From Clostridia bacterium (lineage in GTDB: Bacteria > Bacillota > Clostridia > Christensenellales > UBA3700): a stretch of 64,000 nucleotides of DNA. Shown here piece after piece: positions 27,681-36,929 of the stretch. The notes beneath the pieces are model-generated. The model had not been told where the DNA came from. It saw only the letters and a list, made by a program, of their open reading frames with translations, and made no database searches. Where the stretch lies: the NCBI GenBank assembly GCA_029068165.1, contig JAIEDA010000009.1, forward strand, positions 521 through 64,520, written 5' to 3'. Both the position numbers and the translations under genes were made by a program. Positions within the stretch are counted from its first letter, which is position 1, and each line of letters begins with the position of its first letter.

Positions 27681-29060
27681 ATGAATAATTCACCTAGAAA
27701 TAAAACCTTGCACCAGTCGGCGCAAGAGAGAGTAAACAATTTTAAAGAAGTTAATTTAGGCTTTGACGACGCGCTTATGAAAGAAGAGGCAAGCAGGTGT
27801 ATCAACTGCAAAAACGCCCCTTGTCGCACGGGTTGTCCCGTAGGGATAAATATTCCTGCGTTTATAAAATGTTTGACCGAGGACGATAAGGACGGCGCGC
27901 TTGACGTGATAAGTCAGTCTTCGCTCCTTCCGGCTATTTGCGGAAGAGTTTGTCCGCAAGAAAATCAATGCGAGGGCAAGTGTATACGTAGAGCCAAGCT
28001 CGGCGGCAGCGTGGCGATTGGCGCGTTGGAGAGATACGTGGGCGACTACGGACTGAAAAAGGGCGCGGGCAATCTCAAAGCTCCTGAGTGGAACGGCAAG
28101 AAAGTCGCGGTTATCGGAAGCGGACCGTCGGGTCTTGCTTGCGCGGCGGATTGCGCTTTGAACGGTTTTAAAGTAACTATTTTTGAAGCTTTCCACAAAG
28201 CCGGCGGCGTGCTCGTGTACGGTATTCCCGAGTTTAGACTTCCCAAGGACGACGTCGTTGAAAAGGAAATAGACAAATTAAAAGCTCTAGGCGTAGAGTT
28301 TAGGCTGAACACAGTGGTCGGCAAAGCGATTACTTTTGACGAACTCCAAGCCGAGTACGACGCTATATTTATAGGCACGGGCGCAGGTCTTCCGATGTTT
28401 ATGAATATTCCCGGCGAAAACTTGAACGGAGTATCTTCTGCCAACGAGCTTTTGACTAGAGCCAACCTTATGCAAGCGTACAAGCCTGACGCGATAACTC
28501 CTATCTATTGCGGTAAATCCATTGCGGTAATAGGCGCTGGCAACGTGGCTATGGACGCCGCGCGCACTGCTAAGAGAATAGGCGGCGGAGAAGTGTACAT
28601 AATATATCGAAGAGGTAGAGAGGAGATGCCGGCAAGAGCCGAAGAAATCGATCATGCTGAGGAAGAGGGTATTAAGCTCGTGCTGTTGACCAATCCTGTG
28701 GAGATACTCGGTCAAGACGGCAAGGTATGCGGAATCAAGTGCGTAAAAATGCAACTCGGCGAGCCCGACGCTTCGGGTCGTAGACGTCCCGAGCCTATCG
28801 AGGGCAGCGAGTTCGTTATCGACGTAGACCAAGTTATCGTAGCGCTCGGCACTAGTCCAAATCCGCTTATAAGAAAGTCTTGCTCTCAAATGGAGTTCAG
28901 CAAGAAAGGAACTATTATAGTTGATGAGGCAACTATGGCTACCAGCGTCGACGGCATATATTCGGGCGGCGACGCAGTTACGGGCGCGGCTACGGTTATA
29001 TTAGCTATGGGCGCGGGGCGCAAGGCGGCAAAAGCAATAATAGAAAAGTTCGCCAAGTAA
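27681..29060 (+). CDS. nfnB: NADPH-dependent glutamate synthase small-chain-like oxidoreductase (NfnB-type)
   Basis: CINCKNAPC...CPV and CGRVCPQENQCEGKC Fe-S motifs, and two Rossmann motifs (VIGSGPSGLACA, VIGAGNVAMDAAR). Confidence 0.75.
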   Translation: MNNSPRNKTLHQSAQERVNNFKEVNLGFDDALMKEEASRCINCKNAPCRTGCPVGINIPAFIKCLTEDDKDGALDVISQSSLLPAICGRVCPQENQCEGKCIRRAKLGGSVAIGALERYVGDYGLKKGAGNLKAPEWNGKKVAVIGSGPSGLACAADCALNGFKVTIFEAFHKAGGVLVYGIPEFRLPKDDVVEKEIDKLKALGVEFRLNTVVGKAITFDELQAEYDAIFIGTGAGLPMFMNIPGENLNGVSSANELLTRANLMQAYKPDAITPIYCGKSIAVIGAGNVAMDAARTAKRIGGGEVYIIYRRGREEMPARAEEIDHAEEEGIKLVLLTNPVEILGQDGKVCGIKCVKMQLGEPDASGRRRPEPIEGSEFVIDVDQVIVALGTSPNPLIRKSCSQMEFSKKGTIIVDEATMATSVDGIYSGGDAVTGAATVILAMGAGRKAAKAIIEKFAK

Positions 29061-29229
29061 GGCGGCGTTATATCAATTAAGACGGCGAAACGCGATTTCA
29101 TACTTAATGCGATAGCGCATACGGCGTGTATTATCTCGCGTTTTCGCAACAAAAAACTTCGTATAATATAAAATATGAAGTATACATCAAACGAAGCGGT
29201 TGTATTAAAAGCCGCTCATAAGGGAAACT

Positions 29230-30489
29230 ATGTTTTTAGATATTGCAACGATTTTCGTAAAAGCAGGCAACGGCGGCGACGGTATTATTTCTTTTCATAC
29301 GGAGAAGTACGTGGCTCAAGGCGGACCTGACGGCGGCGACGGCGGTAACGGCGGCGACGTGATTTTCGTCGTCGATAAGAGCGCTTCTACGCTCATCGAC
29401 TTTAAGTTTGCCAAACACTTTAGGGCGGAGGACGGCGAGAACGGCGGCGCGAAAAACTGCAAGGGCAAGAGCGGCAAACCGTTGTATATCAAAGTGCCGA
29501 AAGGTACTGTCATAAAGGAAAAAAGAACGGGCAACGTGCTTGCAGATATGTTCTACGCCGACAGTCAATTTTTGTTGCAAAAAGGCGGTTTGGGCGGCAA
29601 GGGCAACGCAAGGTTTGCCACCGCGCAACGCAAAGCGCCTAGATTCAGCCAAAAGGGCGAAAAAACTCAAGAGGTCGAACTTACTCTCGAGCTTAAGACT
29701 ATCGCCGACGTAGGACTGGTAGGCTTCCCAAACGTAGGCAAGTCGACGATACTTTCGGTAATATCTTCGGCTAAGCCTAAAATCGCAAACTATCATTTTA
29801 CCACGCTTACGCCCAACTTAGGCGTAGTCAAGTATTACGACAAGGATTTCGTCGTAGCCGATATTCCCGGACTAATCGAGGGAGCGAGCGAGGGCGCAGG
29901 GCTCGGGCATAACTTCCTAAGGCATATCGAAAGGGTAAGGCTTATCGTACACGTGGTCGATATATCGGGAATAGAGGGGAGAGATCCTTACGAGGACTTC
30001 TTGACGATAAACAACGAGTTGGAAAGCTATTCGGCAAAACTCGCTTCTTTGCCTCAAATAGTAGTTGCCAACAAGTGCGATCTTCTTGAGGACGATAAGG
30101 CTATCGAGGAGTTTGAGAAAAAGCTAGGCGGCAAAGTCATCCGTATATCCGCAATATCCAACACGGGTACGAAAGAGCTTTTGGACAGGGTAAGCCGCGA
30201 TTTGGAGGATTTGCCTGAGAGCGAGCCTTTGGAAGTCGTAGCGTTTGAAGAAAATCGCAACGACAGCACGTCGTTCATCATCACCGTTGACGAGGACGGA
30301 GTATACGAAGTTCACGGCGGACTGATTAATATGCTTGTGCGCAACGTCGTATTGGACGATTACGAATCGTTTAGGTACTTCCAAAAGACTTTGAAAGATA
30401 GAGGCGTGATAAAAGAGTTGGTCAAGAGCGGCTGTAAAGAGGGCGATACCGTACGCATAGGCGACGTTGAGTTTGACTTTGTGGAATAA
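29230..30489 (+). CDS. obg: GTPase Obg/CgtA
   Basis: MFLDIATIFVKAGNGGDG glycine-rich Obg fold, GFPNVGKST, DIPGLIEGAS and NKCD. Confidence 0.95.
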   Translation: MFLDIATIFVKAGNGGDGIISFHTEKYVAQGGPDGGDGGNGGDVIFVVDKSASTLIDFKFAKHFRAEDGENGGAKNCKGKSGKPLYIKVPKGTVIKEKRTGNVLADMFYADSQFLLQKGGLGGKGNARFATAQRKAPRFSQKGEKTQEVELTLELKTIADVGLVGFPNVGKSTILSVISSAKPKIANYHFTTLTPNLGVVKYYDKDFVVADIPGLIEGASEGAGLGHNFLRHIERVRLIVHVVDISGIEGRDPYEDFLTINNELESYSAKLASLPQIVVANKCDLLEDDKAIEEFEKKLGGKVIRISAISNTGTKELLDRVSRDLEDLPESEPLEVVAFEENRNDSTSFIITVDEDGVYEVHGGLINMLVRNVVLDDYESFRYFQKTLKDRGVIKELVKSGCKEGDTVRIGDVEFDFVE

Positions 30490-30576
30490 GTAGTTTAAGC
30501 GTCGTAACGGCTTAGCAGTATCAGTTGAGCGGTATAAAAGGGAATTATAGAATAAAAGAATAAAGGAGAAACGATT

Positions 30577-30861
30577 ATGACGAGCGCTGAACGCGCAAAA
30601 TTGAGATCGGCGGCTATGAATATAGAGCCTACCACGCATATCGGCAAGAACGGTATAACCGATACGCTTCTTAAGCAAATTGACGAACAGCTTACCGCAA
30701 GGGAGCTTATTAAAGTTGCGGTTTTACGCAACGCTGAATATGCGGCAAAGGAAATTGCCGAGGATATTGCTGAGCAAAGCGGCGCGCAGCTCGTTCAAGT
30801 GCTTGGCAGTAAGATAACTATTTATAGAAAAAATCCGCAAAAGAATACTTATTCTATCTAA
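30577..30861 (+). CDS. yhbY: YhbY-family (CRM domain) ribosome assembly RNA-binding protein
   Basis: LRSAAMNIEPTTHIGKNGITDTLLKQIDEQLTARELIKV. ~94 aa, in the canonical position after obg. Confidence 0.85.
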   Translation: MTSAERAKLRSAAMNIEPTTHIGKNGITDTLLKQIDEQLTARELIKVAVLRNAEYAAKEIAEDIAEQSGAQLVQVLGSKITIYRKNPQKNTYSI

Positions 30862-30866
30862 CTTTT

Positions 30867-31655
30867 TTATCGTCTGATAAGTCCCGCGACAAGACATCCT
30901 ATTGAGAGCGCGAGGTTGATTGAGGCGAGGATAATATAGTAATTTCTAAATGGCGTAAAGAAACTTATTGCGAGCAACAGCAGGCTTATCCCGACGAACC
31001 TAAACCCGTTTTTGCGTGTAAAAGCGCTGTGGAAGATGAGTTTGAGAAGCTGCGCGGCGGGGATTTTTTCTCTTACGTCGGCGGGAAGTTTGTCTTGTTT
31101 TCTCAAACGTCTATAGACGTCTTTAAACGTGCAGTACGTCAATGCGACGTCGCCGAAACTTCTTATCAGTCCCATCATCTTTTTATCGCTGTTGGTGGTA
31201 AGTATATAAGCTTCGTCAATATTATCTTTTTTACAGGTTCTATAGAACTTAACCGCTGTGTCGGCGGAAATTGAACCGTATTTCGTCCAAAGGAAAATAA
31301 CTTTTGAATCGGCTATTACGTATTCGCCTTTATCTTCGAAATTGCCGTCTTGGCACGTTTCTTTGAGCAGTTCCTTAGCTCTTTCTTCGCCTTGCCAAAT
31401 TAAGTAAGTCACAAACCTTCTATAGCTTATCACGTTGGAATTTTTTTTGAAAAACAGTTTTTTTATAAGCGTAACAAAAAGTATCGTAATAAGTCCGCTC
31501 GTAAGAAGTTTTATCCCTAAAGACATAGAGATAAAGGAAAGACAAATATACGCGGCGAGAAAAACTATCGCCGTAAGAAGTATAATATCGAGCAGGATAG
31601 ACATATTGAGATTATTGACGGATATTTGCAACCGTATACGCGATAAAGTAGGCAA
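30867..31655 (-). CDS. hypothetical membrane protein (2 TM + ~130-aa soluble domain + 2 TM)
   Basis: A long minus-strand ORF between yhbY and nadD with clear hydrophobic ends. The start is ambiguous (TTG 31655 or ATG 31604) and neither has a good RBS. No family recognised. Confidence 0.5.
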   Translation of the reverse strand: MPTLSRIRLQISVNNLNMSILLDIILLTAIVFLAAYICLSFISMSLGIKLLTSGLITILFVTLIKKLFFKKNSNVISYRRFVTYLIWQGEERAKELLKETCQDGNFEDKGEYVIADSKVIFLWTKYGSISADTAVKFYRTCKKDNIDEAYILTTNSDKKMMGLIRSFGDVALTYCTFKDVYRRLRKQDKLPADVREKIPAAQLLKLIFHSAFTRKNGFRFVGISLLLLAISFFTPFRNYYIILASINLALSIGCLVAGLIRR

Positions 31656-31815
31656 AACGTTTGTAATAAAGGTTATGGACGGCTATCGTCCTATTCTTTT
31701 TGCGGATTTTCGGTTGCGACAAGGAAGCGTTGATTATCTTATAAGCTTTACTCGGAAATTCTTGCTAAATCGCGATATTTTGTGTACAATATATTATAGA
31801 GGCAAAGAGGTGAAG

Positions 31816-32940
31816 ATGAAAGTCGTATTCGGCGGAGCGTTTAATCCCGTTCACAACGAGCATATCAATATGATAAAACATCTTTTGACGTTGCAAGACG
31901 TTGAAAAGGTAGTCTTGTTGCCGTCCGACAATCCGCCTCATAAGTCGTGTCCGACTTCGTTCGAGCAGCGTCTTGATATGTTAAACCTTGCCGTAGAAGG
32001 TTTAGACCGTGTGGAAATATGCGATATGGAACGCTACTGCAGCGGTAAGCGTTATACCTGCGAAACGCTTCCTATTCTTAAGGAAAAGTACGGCGACGTT
32101 GCGTTCGTGATTGGCGGCGACAGCTTGGAAAATTTTGAAAAATGGAAAAATCCGCAAAAGATTATCAAGATGTGTCCTTTGCTTGTATTCACTAGAGGCA
32201 GGAGCGTAAATTTTGAAGAGAAACTTAGCTATTGGCGCAAGCAAGGCGGAGATATAAGGGTGTGCGATTACGCCCCTAAAGATATTTCCTCGACAGTAGT
32301 AAGAAGTCTTGCTGAGCTTGGAATTTATAATAATATCGACGCTAAAGTTGCTGAGTATATTATGGAGAAAAGGATCTATAGCGATCATAATAAATTGATA
32401 GAAAAGCTAAAGTCTAATATTCCCGCCAATACGTTTGCGCACTGTTTGCGTACGGCGGCTTACGCGGTTGAGCTGAATTATTTGTTGAAATTAGGTCTTG
32501 ATTACGGCAAAGTTTTGCTTGCGGGAGTCCTTCACGATTGCGCTAAAGCTAAATGCCATACGCCTCACGACACGGAAAAGGTCCCGCAAGACAGCGTAGG
32601 CACGCCGGTGGAACATCAGTTTTTGGGCGCGGTAATCGCAAAAGAGGAGTACGGAATACAGGATAAAGACGTGCTGTCCGCAATCATGTATCATACCACT
32701 GGAAAAAGAGATATGAGTACGTTGCAAAAGCTTATTTTTTGCAGCGATATGTTGGAACTCGGGAGAGATTATCCCGAAGTTGAGTACTTGCGCGGTTGCA
32801 TAGAAAAGTCCTTGGATCGCGGCTATAAGGAATGCGTACTTGCGCAATACGAATTTTTGTTACAAAGAGGCGGAGAAATCTATCCGTTGACGTTGGAGGC
32901 TGTTGACGAGTGTCGCAGTATGCAAAAGACGGAAGTATAG
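31816..32940 (+). CDS. nadD-yqeK: fused nicotinate-nucleotide adenylyltransferase (NadD) / HD-domain YqeK phosphohydrolase
   Basis: MKVVFGGAFNPVHNEH (NadD H/TxGH motif) after an AAGAGG RBS. The C-terminal half has HD motifs (AHCLRTA...GVLHDCAK...YHTTG). The track ORF start at 31435 is a spurious upstream extension. Confidence 0.85.
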   Translation: MKVVFGGAFNPVHNEHINMIKHLLTLQDVEKVVLLPSDNPPHKSCPTSFEQRLDMLNLAVEGLDRVEICDMERYCSGKRYTCETLPILKEKYGDVAFVIGGDSLENFEKWKNPQKIIKMCPLLVFTRGRSVNFEEKLSYWRKQGGDIRVCDYAPKDISSTVVRSLAELGIYNNIDAKVAEYIMEKRIYSDHNKLIEKLKSNIPANTFAHCLRTAAYAVELNYLLKLGLDYGKVLLAGVLHDCAKAKCHTPHDTEKVPQDSVGTPVEHQFLGAVIAKEEYGIQDKDVLSAIMYHTTGKRDMSTLQKLIFCSDMLELGRDYPEVEYLRGCIEKSLDRGYKECVLAQYEFLLQRGGEIYPLTLEAVDECRSMQKTEV

Positions 32941-33018
32941 CTTTGCGACTGATTTTCGGATAAAGATTTAAATTTTGTAAATATTACTTAGCAATAAAAT
33001 TATTCGTTAGGAGAAGAA

Positions 33019-33366
33019 ATGGAAAGAGTAGAATTGATTTGCAGTTTGCTAGATGAGAAGAAAGCAAAGGACATAGTAATAGTTGATATTAGTAAACTAA
33101 CCGTGATTGCCGACAGCTTCGTAATATGTTCGGGACGTTCTAACACCCAAGTAAAAGCGCTAGTTGACGCTGTTGACGAGGGAATGTCCAAGCAGGGCTG
33201 CGAACCTCTTAGAGTTGAAGGCAGACAGGAAGGAAGGTGGGCGGTGCTTGACTACGGCGACGTAATCGTTCATATTTTCTACGAGGAAACAAGAAGATTG
33301 TATTCTTTGGAAAACCTTTGGTCGGACGGCGCTAATATAACGCATTACGGAGTTGAAGAAGCGTAA
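33019..33366 (+). CDS. rsfS: ribosome silencing factor RsfS (iojap)
   Basis: KKAKDIVIVDISKLTVIADSFVICSGRSNTQVKALVD...WAVLDYGDVIVHIF. Confidence 0.92.
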   Translation: MERVELICSLLDEKKAKDIVIVDISKLTVIADSFVICSGRSNTQVKALVDAVDEGMSKQGCEPLRVEGRQEGRWAVLDYGDVIVHIFYEETRRLYSLENLWSDGANITHYGVEEA

Positions 33367-33457
33367 AACTCGTTCTATATTTTGCAGTTTGTTGTAAGAC
33401 AGTATATAATTTACAAATTTTCCCAAACTTATATTAGTACGGTTGGGAGAAAAGTTT

Positions 33458-33814
33458 ATGATAGATATAAACCTTAATTACGTTAATTATATGCAAAGCG
33501 TTGACGAAAACGCCGCTTCTCAAGGCGTTGAAAGTATATTAGCACAAATAGAAACGGTTGATTATTGCGCTGTTTTGGTTTGGAAAAACCGCTTATTAGT
33601 TGGAGTTATTCCCAAACCGTTGTTTAGTAGATCCGAGCGTACGCAGCTAGAACAGCAAATTACGCTTGCCGTAGGCGAAGTATACGGCTTTGACGAAGTT
33701 TTGATATCGTTTGATATGGACGTCATTCACGAGATAAACAAACTCAATAAGATTTCAGCCGATTCCAAGCAAATTGAAACGCTTTTTTACAGCGTTAAAG
33801 TAAGGCGAGAATAG
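33458..33814 (+). CDS. hypothetical protein, weakly YhcN/YlaJ (spore lipoprotein family)-like
   Basis: GGGAGA RBS 7 nt before ATG 33458. The pattern VDYCAVLVWKNRLLVGVIP...VLISFDMDVIHEINKL recalls YlaJ/YhcN domains. No lipobox seen. Confidence 0.4.
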   Translation: MIDINLNYVNYMQSVDENAASQGVESILAQIETVDYCAVLVWKNRLLVGVIPKPLFSRSERTQLEQQITLAVGEVYGFDEVLISFDMDVIHEINKLNKISADSKQIETLFYSVKVRRE

Positions 33815-34064
33815 TCGTCCATTCGTATTTCGAGATAATTTTATAATCCCTTGTAAGTCAAATTCTCGTTAGGTGAATTTTTCACGCTTTTATTGTTTGC
33901 TAATAATAGAATATTATTGGTTATTATCGCGTTGTTGCTATATGCTCGATATTAGGGATTGTTTTTGCGCGTATATTTAATCGCCGTCATAAGCGAAGTC
34001 GAAGAATCTAATACGATTTATAAGAAAATAGATGTTTTCGTTACGCTCAAGACGGCAAATTGAT

Positions 34065-34688
34065 TTATTCGGGTACGTTTTGCGTAGGTTTCTTTATAAG
34101 GTATTTATTAAGCGGTTTTGCTATAATTACCGCCAAAATACTAATTATTACGCATTTAAGGAAAGTAAACGGTACGTTGAATATAGCCAAAACCTCCCAC
34201 AATCCGTTCGCGCTCGGGCGGATAGCTTGATACATTGAAAGAATCGCCGTCATTGGCAATATAAATTTATCGTAGAGCGGATAAACTGCTATTGCGTTGA
34301 ATACAAGCCCCGATAGAATGGCGGAGCATACTGAACCTACGGCAAGTCCGATAGAAAGTCCTAGCATATTAGGTTTGAACTTATATATAAAGCCTGACGG
34401 GATTATCACGCACAAGCAGGTGACGTAATCGGCGAGATTACCTATGCCGCCTGTGGAACTTGCTCCGTGTAGCATAAGATGTACAAGCTCTTTGATCGTT
34501 GTGGCGACTACGCCGCTTAACGGTCCAAGCGCAATATTGGCTATTATGCACGGTAAGAGAGAAAAATCAAGTTTGATAAATGCTGGCATTAGCGGAACGG
34601 GGAGTTCCAAAAACATTAGAATGCTTGCCATTGCTGACAAAATAGCAGTGGTTGCGAGCCACTTGCTCCTTGAAATAGAGTTTTTCAT
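34065..34688 (-). CDS. ribU: ECF transporter S component, riboflavin-type
   Basis: A ~200-aa, 5-6 TM protein (LATTAILSAMASILMFLELPVPLMPAFIKLDFSLLP) directly downstream of an FMN riboswitch. Confidence 0.8.
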   Translation of the reverse strand: MKNSISRSKWLATTAILSAMASILMFLELPVPLMPAFIKLDFSLLPCIIANIALGPLSGVVATTIKELVHLMLHGASSTGGIGNLADYVTCLCVIIPSGFIYKFKPNMLGLSIGLAVGSVCSAILSGLVFNAIAVYPLYDKFILPMTAILSMYQAIRPSANGLWEVLAIFNVPFTFLKCVIISILAVIIAKPLNKYLIKKPTQNVPE

Positions 34689-34699
34689 AATAAATATAT

Positions 34700-34825
34700 C
34701 CTTTTCCTATCCAGACTTTACTGTCGGCGCAAGAATTTCACTTGCTCGGCGCTGCATAAAAGAGATTTACAGCGTTAGTGGGCTATACCACCGGTGAGGA
34801 ATTTCACCTACCCTCAAAGAATTAT
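34700..34825 (-). promoter_or_regulatory. FMN riboswitch (RFN element)
   Basis: Minus strand reads GAGGGTAGGTGAAATTCCTCACCGGTGGTATAGCCCAC...GCCGAGCAAGTGAAATTCTTGCGCCGACAGTAAAGTCTGGATAGGAAAAGG. This matches the conserved RFN core segments. Confidence 0.85.
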
Positions 34826-34921
34826 TTGATTACGGTCATTATAAATCATTTGCAAATTGCTGTCAAGTGTAATATAATAAATTCGTAGACAAATTTTGAT
34901 AAATTTATTCAAATTATATGT

Positions 34922-35380
34922 ATGGACGAAATAGTGGAGAATAGAAAGCAAATTATCAAATATATATCTAAAAGCGTAGAGGATACTTATAAGCTTGCTA
35001 AAATACTATCCGATAGATTGAGCGGCGGGGAAGTAGTACTTTTGAGCGGCGATCTCGGCGCGGGAAAGACGACTTTTACCAAAGGCTTAGCTCAATCCTT
35101 GGGCGTTGACGAAACGGTGACCAGTCCTACTTTTACGTTTATGAAAGAATACGAGGGGAGATTGAGGCTTTATCATTTCGATATGTATAGAGTATGCGAC
35201 GAGGATGAACTTTACGAACTTGGACTCAACGAGTATTTGTATATGAACGGCGTTTGTGTGATAGAATGGAATAAGTTTGAGGACGTGCCAAAGCCTATTA
35301 ATATTCAAGTCACTAGCTTGGACGACGACAAAAGAGAATTTGCTATCAGCGGAATAGATTTGGATTTATCAAAGATATAG
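34922..35380 (+). CDS. tsaE: tRNA t6A37 biosynthesis ATPase TsaE
   Basis: VLLSGDLGAGKTTFTKGLAQSLGV...SPTFTFMKEY...YHFDMYR. Confidence 0.9.
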   Translation: MDEIVENRKQIIKYISKSVEDTYKLAKILSDRLSGGEVVLLSGDLGAGKTTFTKGLAQSLGVDETVTSPTFTFMKEYEGRLRLYHFDMYRVCDEDELYELGLNEYLYMNGVCVIEWNKFEDVPKPINIQVTSLDDDKREFAISGIDLDLSKI

Positions 35381-35683
35381 GACGGAGAAGAGTCCTATTA
35401 TAGAAAAGTTGTTTAATATCTTTGGCGGATAGCGTATACTTAGTAATCTTTTAAATCTTACTGTAAGAAAAGAAAAGCGTTTTTATTGAGCGTAAGAATT
35501 GGTTGGCAGTAGATATGGCGAATATATAAGCAAAATGCTTGATTAAGCGAAAGTTATATTAACAAAGAATAATTCTCAATTAGATTGATATACTTCTCAA
35601 TTATCGTGAAAATTAGAATTATTCGATAAAATTGGCTAAATTAAACTAATTTTTAGCAAAATTTAGGCTAAACAGGTGAAAAT

Positions 35684-36283
35684 ATGAAAATTTTAGCTTT
35701 GGACAGCACTTCGGAAAATATGGTGATTGCCCTCTCTATCGATAACAAAATTTATTCGTTTATCGGCGAGGCGGAGAGCAAAAAACACAATTCTCAAGTT
35801 TTGCCGCAAATTGACAAACTTTTGAGCGAGGCGCAAATCGATATTAAAGACGTCGATTATTTTGCTTGTGTGATAGGTCCGGGTTCGTTTACAGGAATTA
35901 GAATAGGGGTGTCGAGCGTGAACGCGCTGTCTTTTGCGCTTGGTAAAAAATGCGTAGCTATTACGTCTTTTGAAGAACTTGCCTATGGAGTTGATGCGGA
36001 CAAATTTTATTGCGCGATAGATTGTAGGCACGATTGTTTCTATTACGCAAAGTTTGCCGAATCATTTAAAAACCAGTTGGAGTCGGGAGAGATGACAGCC
36101 GCTTCGCTCAAGGAAAAAAATAACGTTGTATACAAAGTCGGAGCTTCCCGCCCCGAGGCTTTGATAGGGATTGCCAAAAGTAAAATTGCCGCAGGCGAGT
36201 TTGCCGAGTTGGCTCCGCTGTATCTAAAGAAGTCGCAAGCTGAGCGCGAATATGATATGAAAAATATGGACAAAACGGTATAA
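35684..36283 (+). CDS. tsaB: tRNA t6A37 biosynthesis protein TsaB
   Basis: MKILALDSTSE...GPGSFTGIRIGVS. Confidence 0.88.
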   Translation: MKILALDSTSENMVIALSIDNKIYSFIGEAESKKHNSQVLPQIDKLLSEAQIDIKDVDYFACVIGPGSFTGIRIGVSSVNALSFALGKKCVAITSFEELAYGVDADKFYCAIDCRHDCFYYAKFAESFKNQLESGEMTAASLKEKNNVVYKVGASRPEALIGIAKSKIAAGEFAELAPLYLKKSQAEREYDMKNMDKTV

Positions 36284-36291
36284 GTTGGACT

Positions 36292-36750
36292 ATGAACGCG
36301 CAAAATGAATTAAAAGTAATTTTTGAAGATTTTAAAAAAGATTACATTGATAGTATATACGATATAGAAAATCAAAGTTTGGACGAGGCGTGGTCTAAAG
36401 AGCAGCTGGGCGGACTTATAGGCTGTTCCAACGCTATAGCAAGAGTTGGGCTGGTTGATAATAAGGCGGTTTGTTCCTACAGTCTATATATTGTTGGAGA
36501 AGAAGGCTTTGTAAATAATCTTTCAGTTGAAGAAACGTTTAGAGGAAAAGGCGTGGGCAGCTTTTTGATGGAAGATATGATAAATTGCTCCAAATTGCGC
36601 AATCTTTCAGCTTTGACGTTGGAAGTAAACGAAAATAATACGGCGGCTATAAATTTATATAGAAAGTTCGGCTTTACAGTAGAGGGCAATCGCCCCAAAT
36701 TTTACAATGGCAAAGACGCGGCATTGATTATGTGGAAGAGGAATATATAA
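36292..36750 (+). CDS. rimI: ribosomal-protein-alanine N-acetyltransferase
   Basis: GNAT fold (FRGKGVGSFLM, EVNENNTAAINLYRKFGF) in the canonical tsaB-rimI position. Confidence 0.8.
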   Translation: MNAQNELKVIFEDFKKDYIDSIYDIENQSLDEAWSKEQLGGLIGCSNAIARVGLVDNKAVCSYSLYIVGEEGFVNNLSVEETFRGKGVGSFLMEDMINCSKLRNLSALTLEVNENNTAAINLYRKFGFTVEGNRPKFYNGKDAALIMWKRNI

Positions 36751-36844
36751 ACTATATTTACGGCAATTTATTGATTTATAGATATTATCACCGTTTATAA
36801 CGTAGTTGAAGCTGATAATCAGTTATATAATATTGATTTATTTA

Positions 36845-36871
36845 AAAGAGAGGATTTTTTCTCTCTTTTTT
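36845..36871 (+). terminator. rho-independent terminator after rimI
   Basis: aagagagg-atttttt-ctctctt followed by a T-run. Confidence 0.7.
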
Positions 36872-36929
36872 CATTAAAAATGCGGTTTTTTGTAATTTTT
36901 GTCGAAGAGAAAGCATATTTAGTATTATA

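Noticed and set aside
29083-29148. Long-range stem gcgaaacgcga...tcgcgttttcgc enclosing a small atgcg/cgcat hairpin between nfnB and obg.
   Set aside because: It could be a terminator-like or structured element, but it has no U-run, no recognisable riboswitch core and no second copy. Insufficient evidence.
31435-31815. Upstream extension of the nadD ORF (track start 31435), which would overlap the minus-strand membrane gene. Similar upstream extensions occur at 40501 (icd), 42423 (purE), 44758 (purN), 57785 (GPH transporter) and 57542 (mazF).
   Set aside because: In each case the conserved protein N-terminus begins at an internal ATG that has a good RBS. The extensions are non-conserved-looking sequence read through intergenic DNA.
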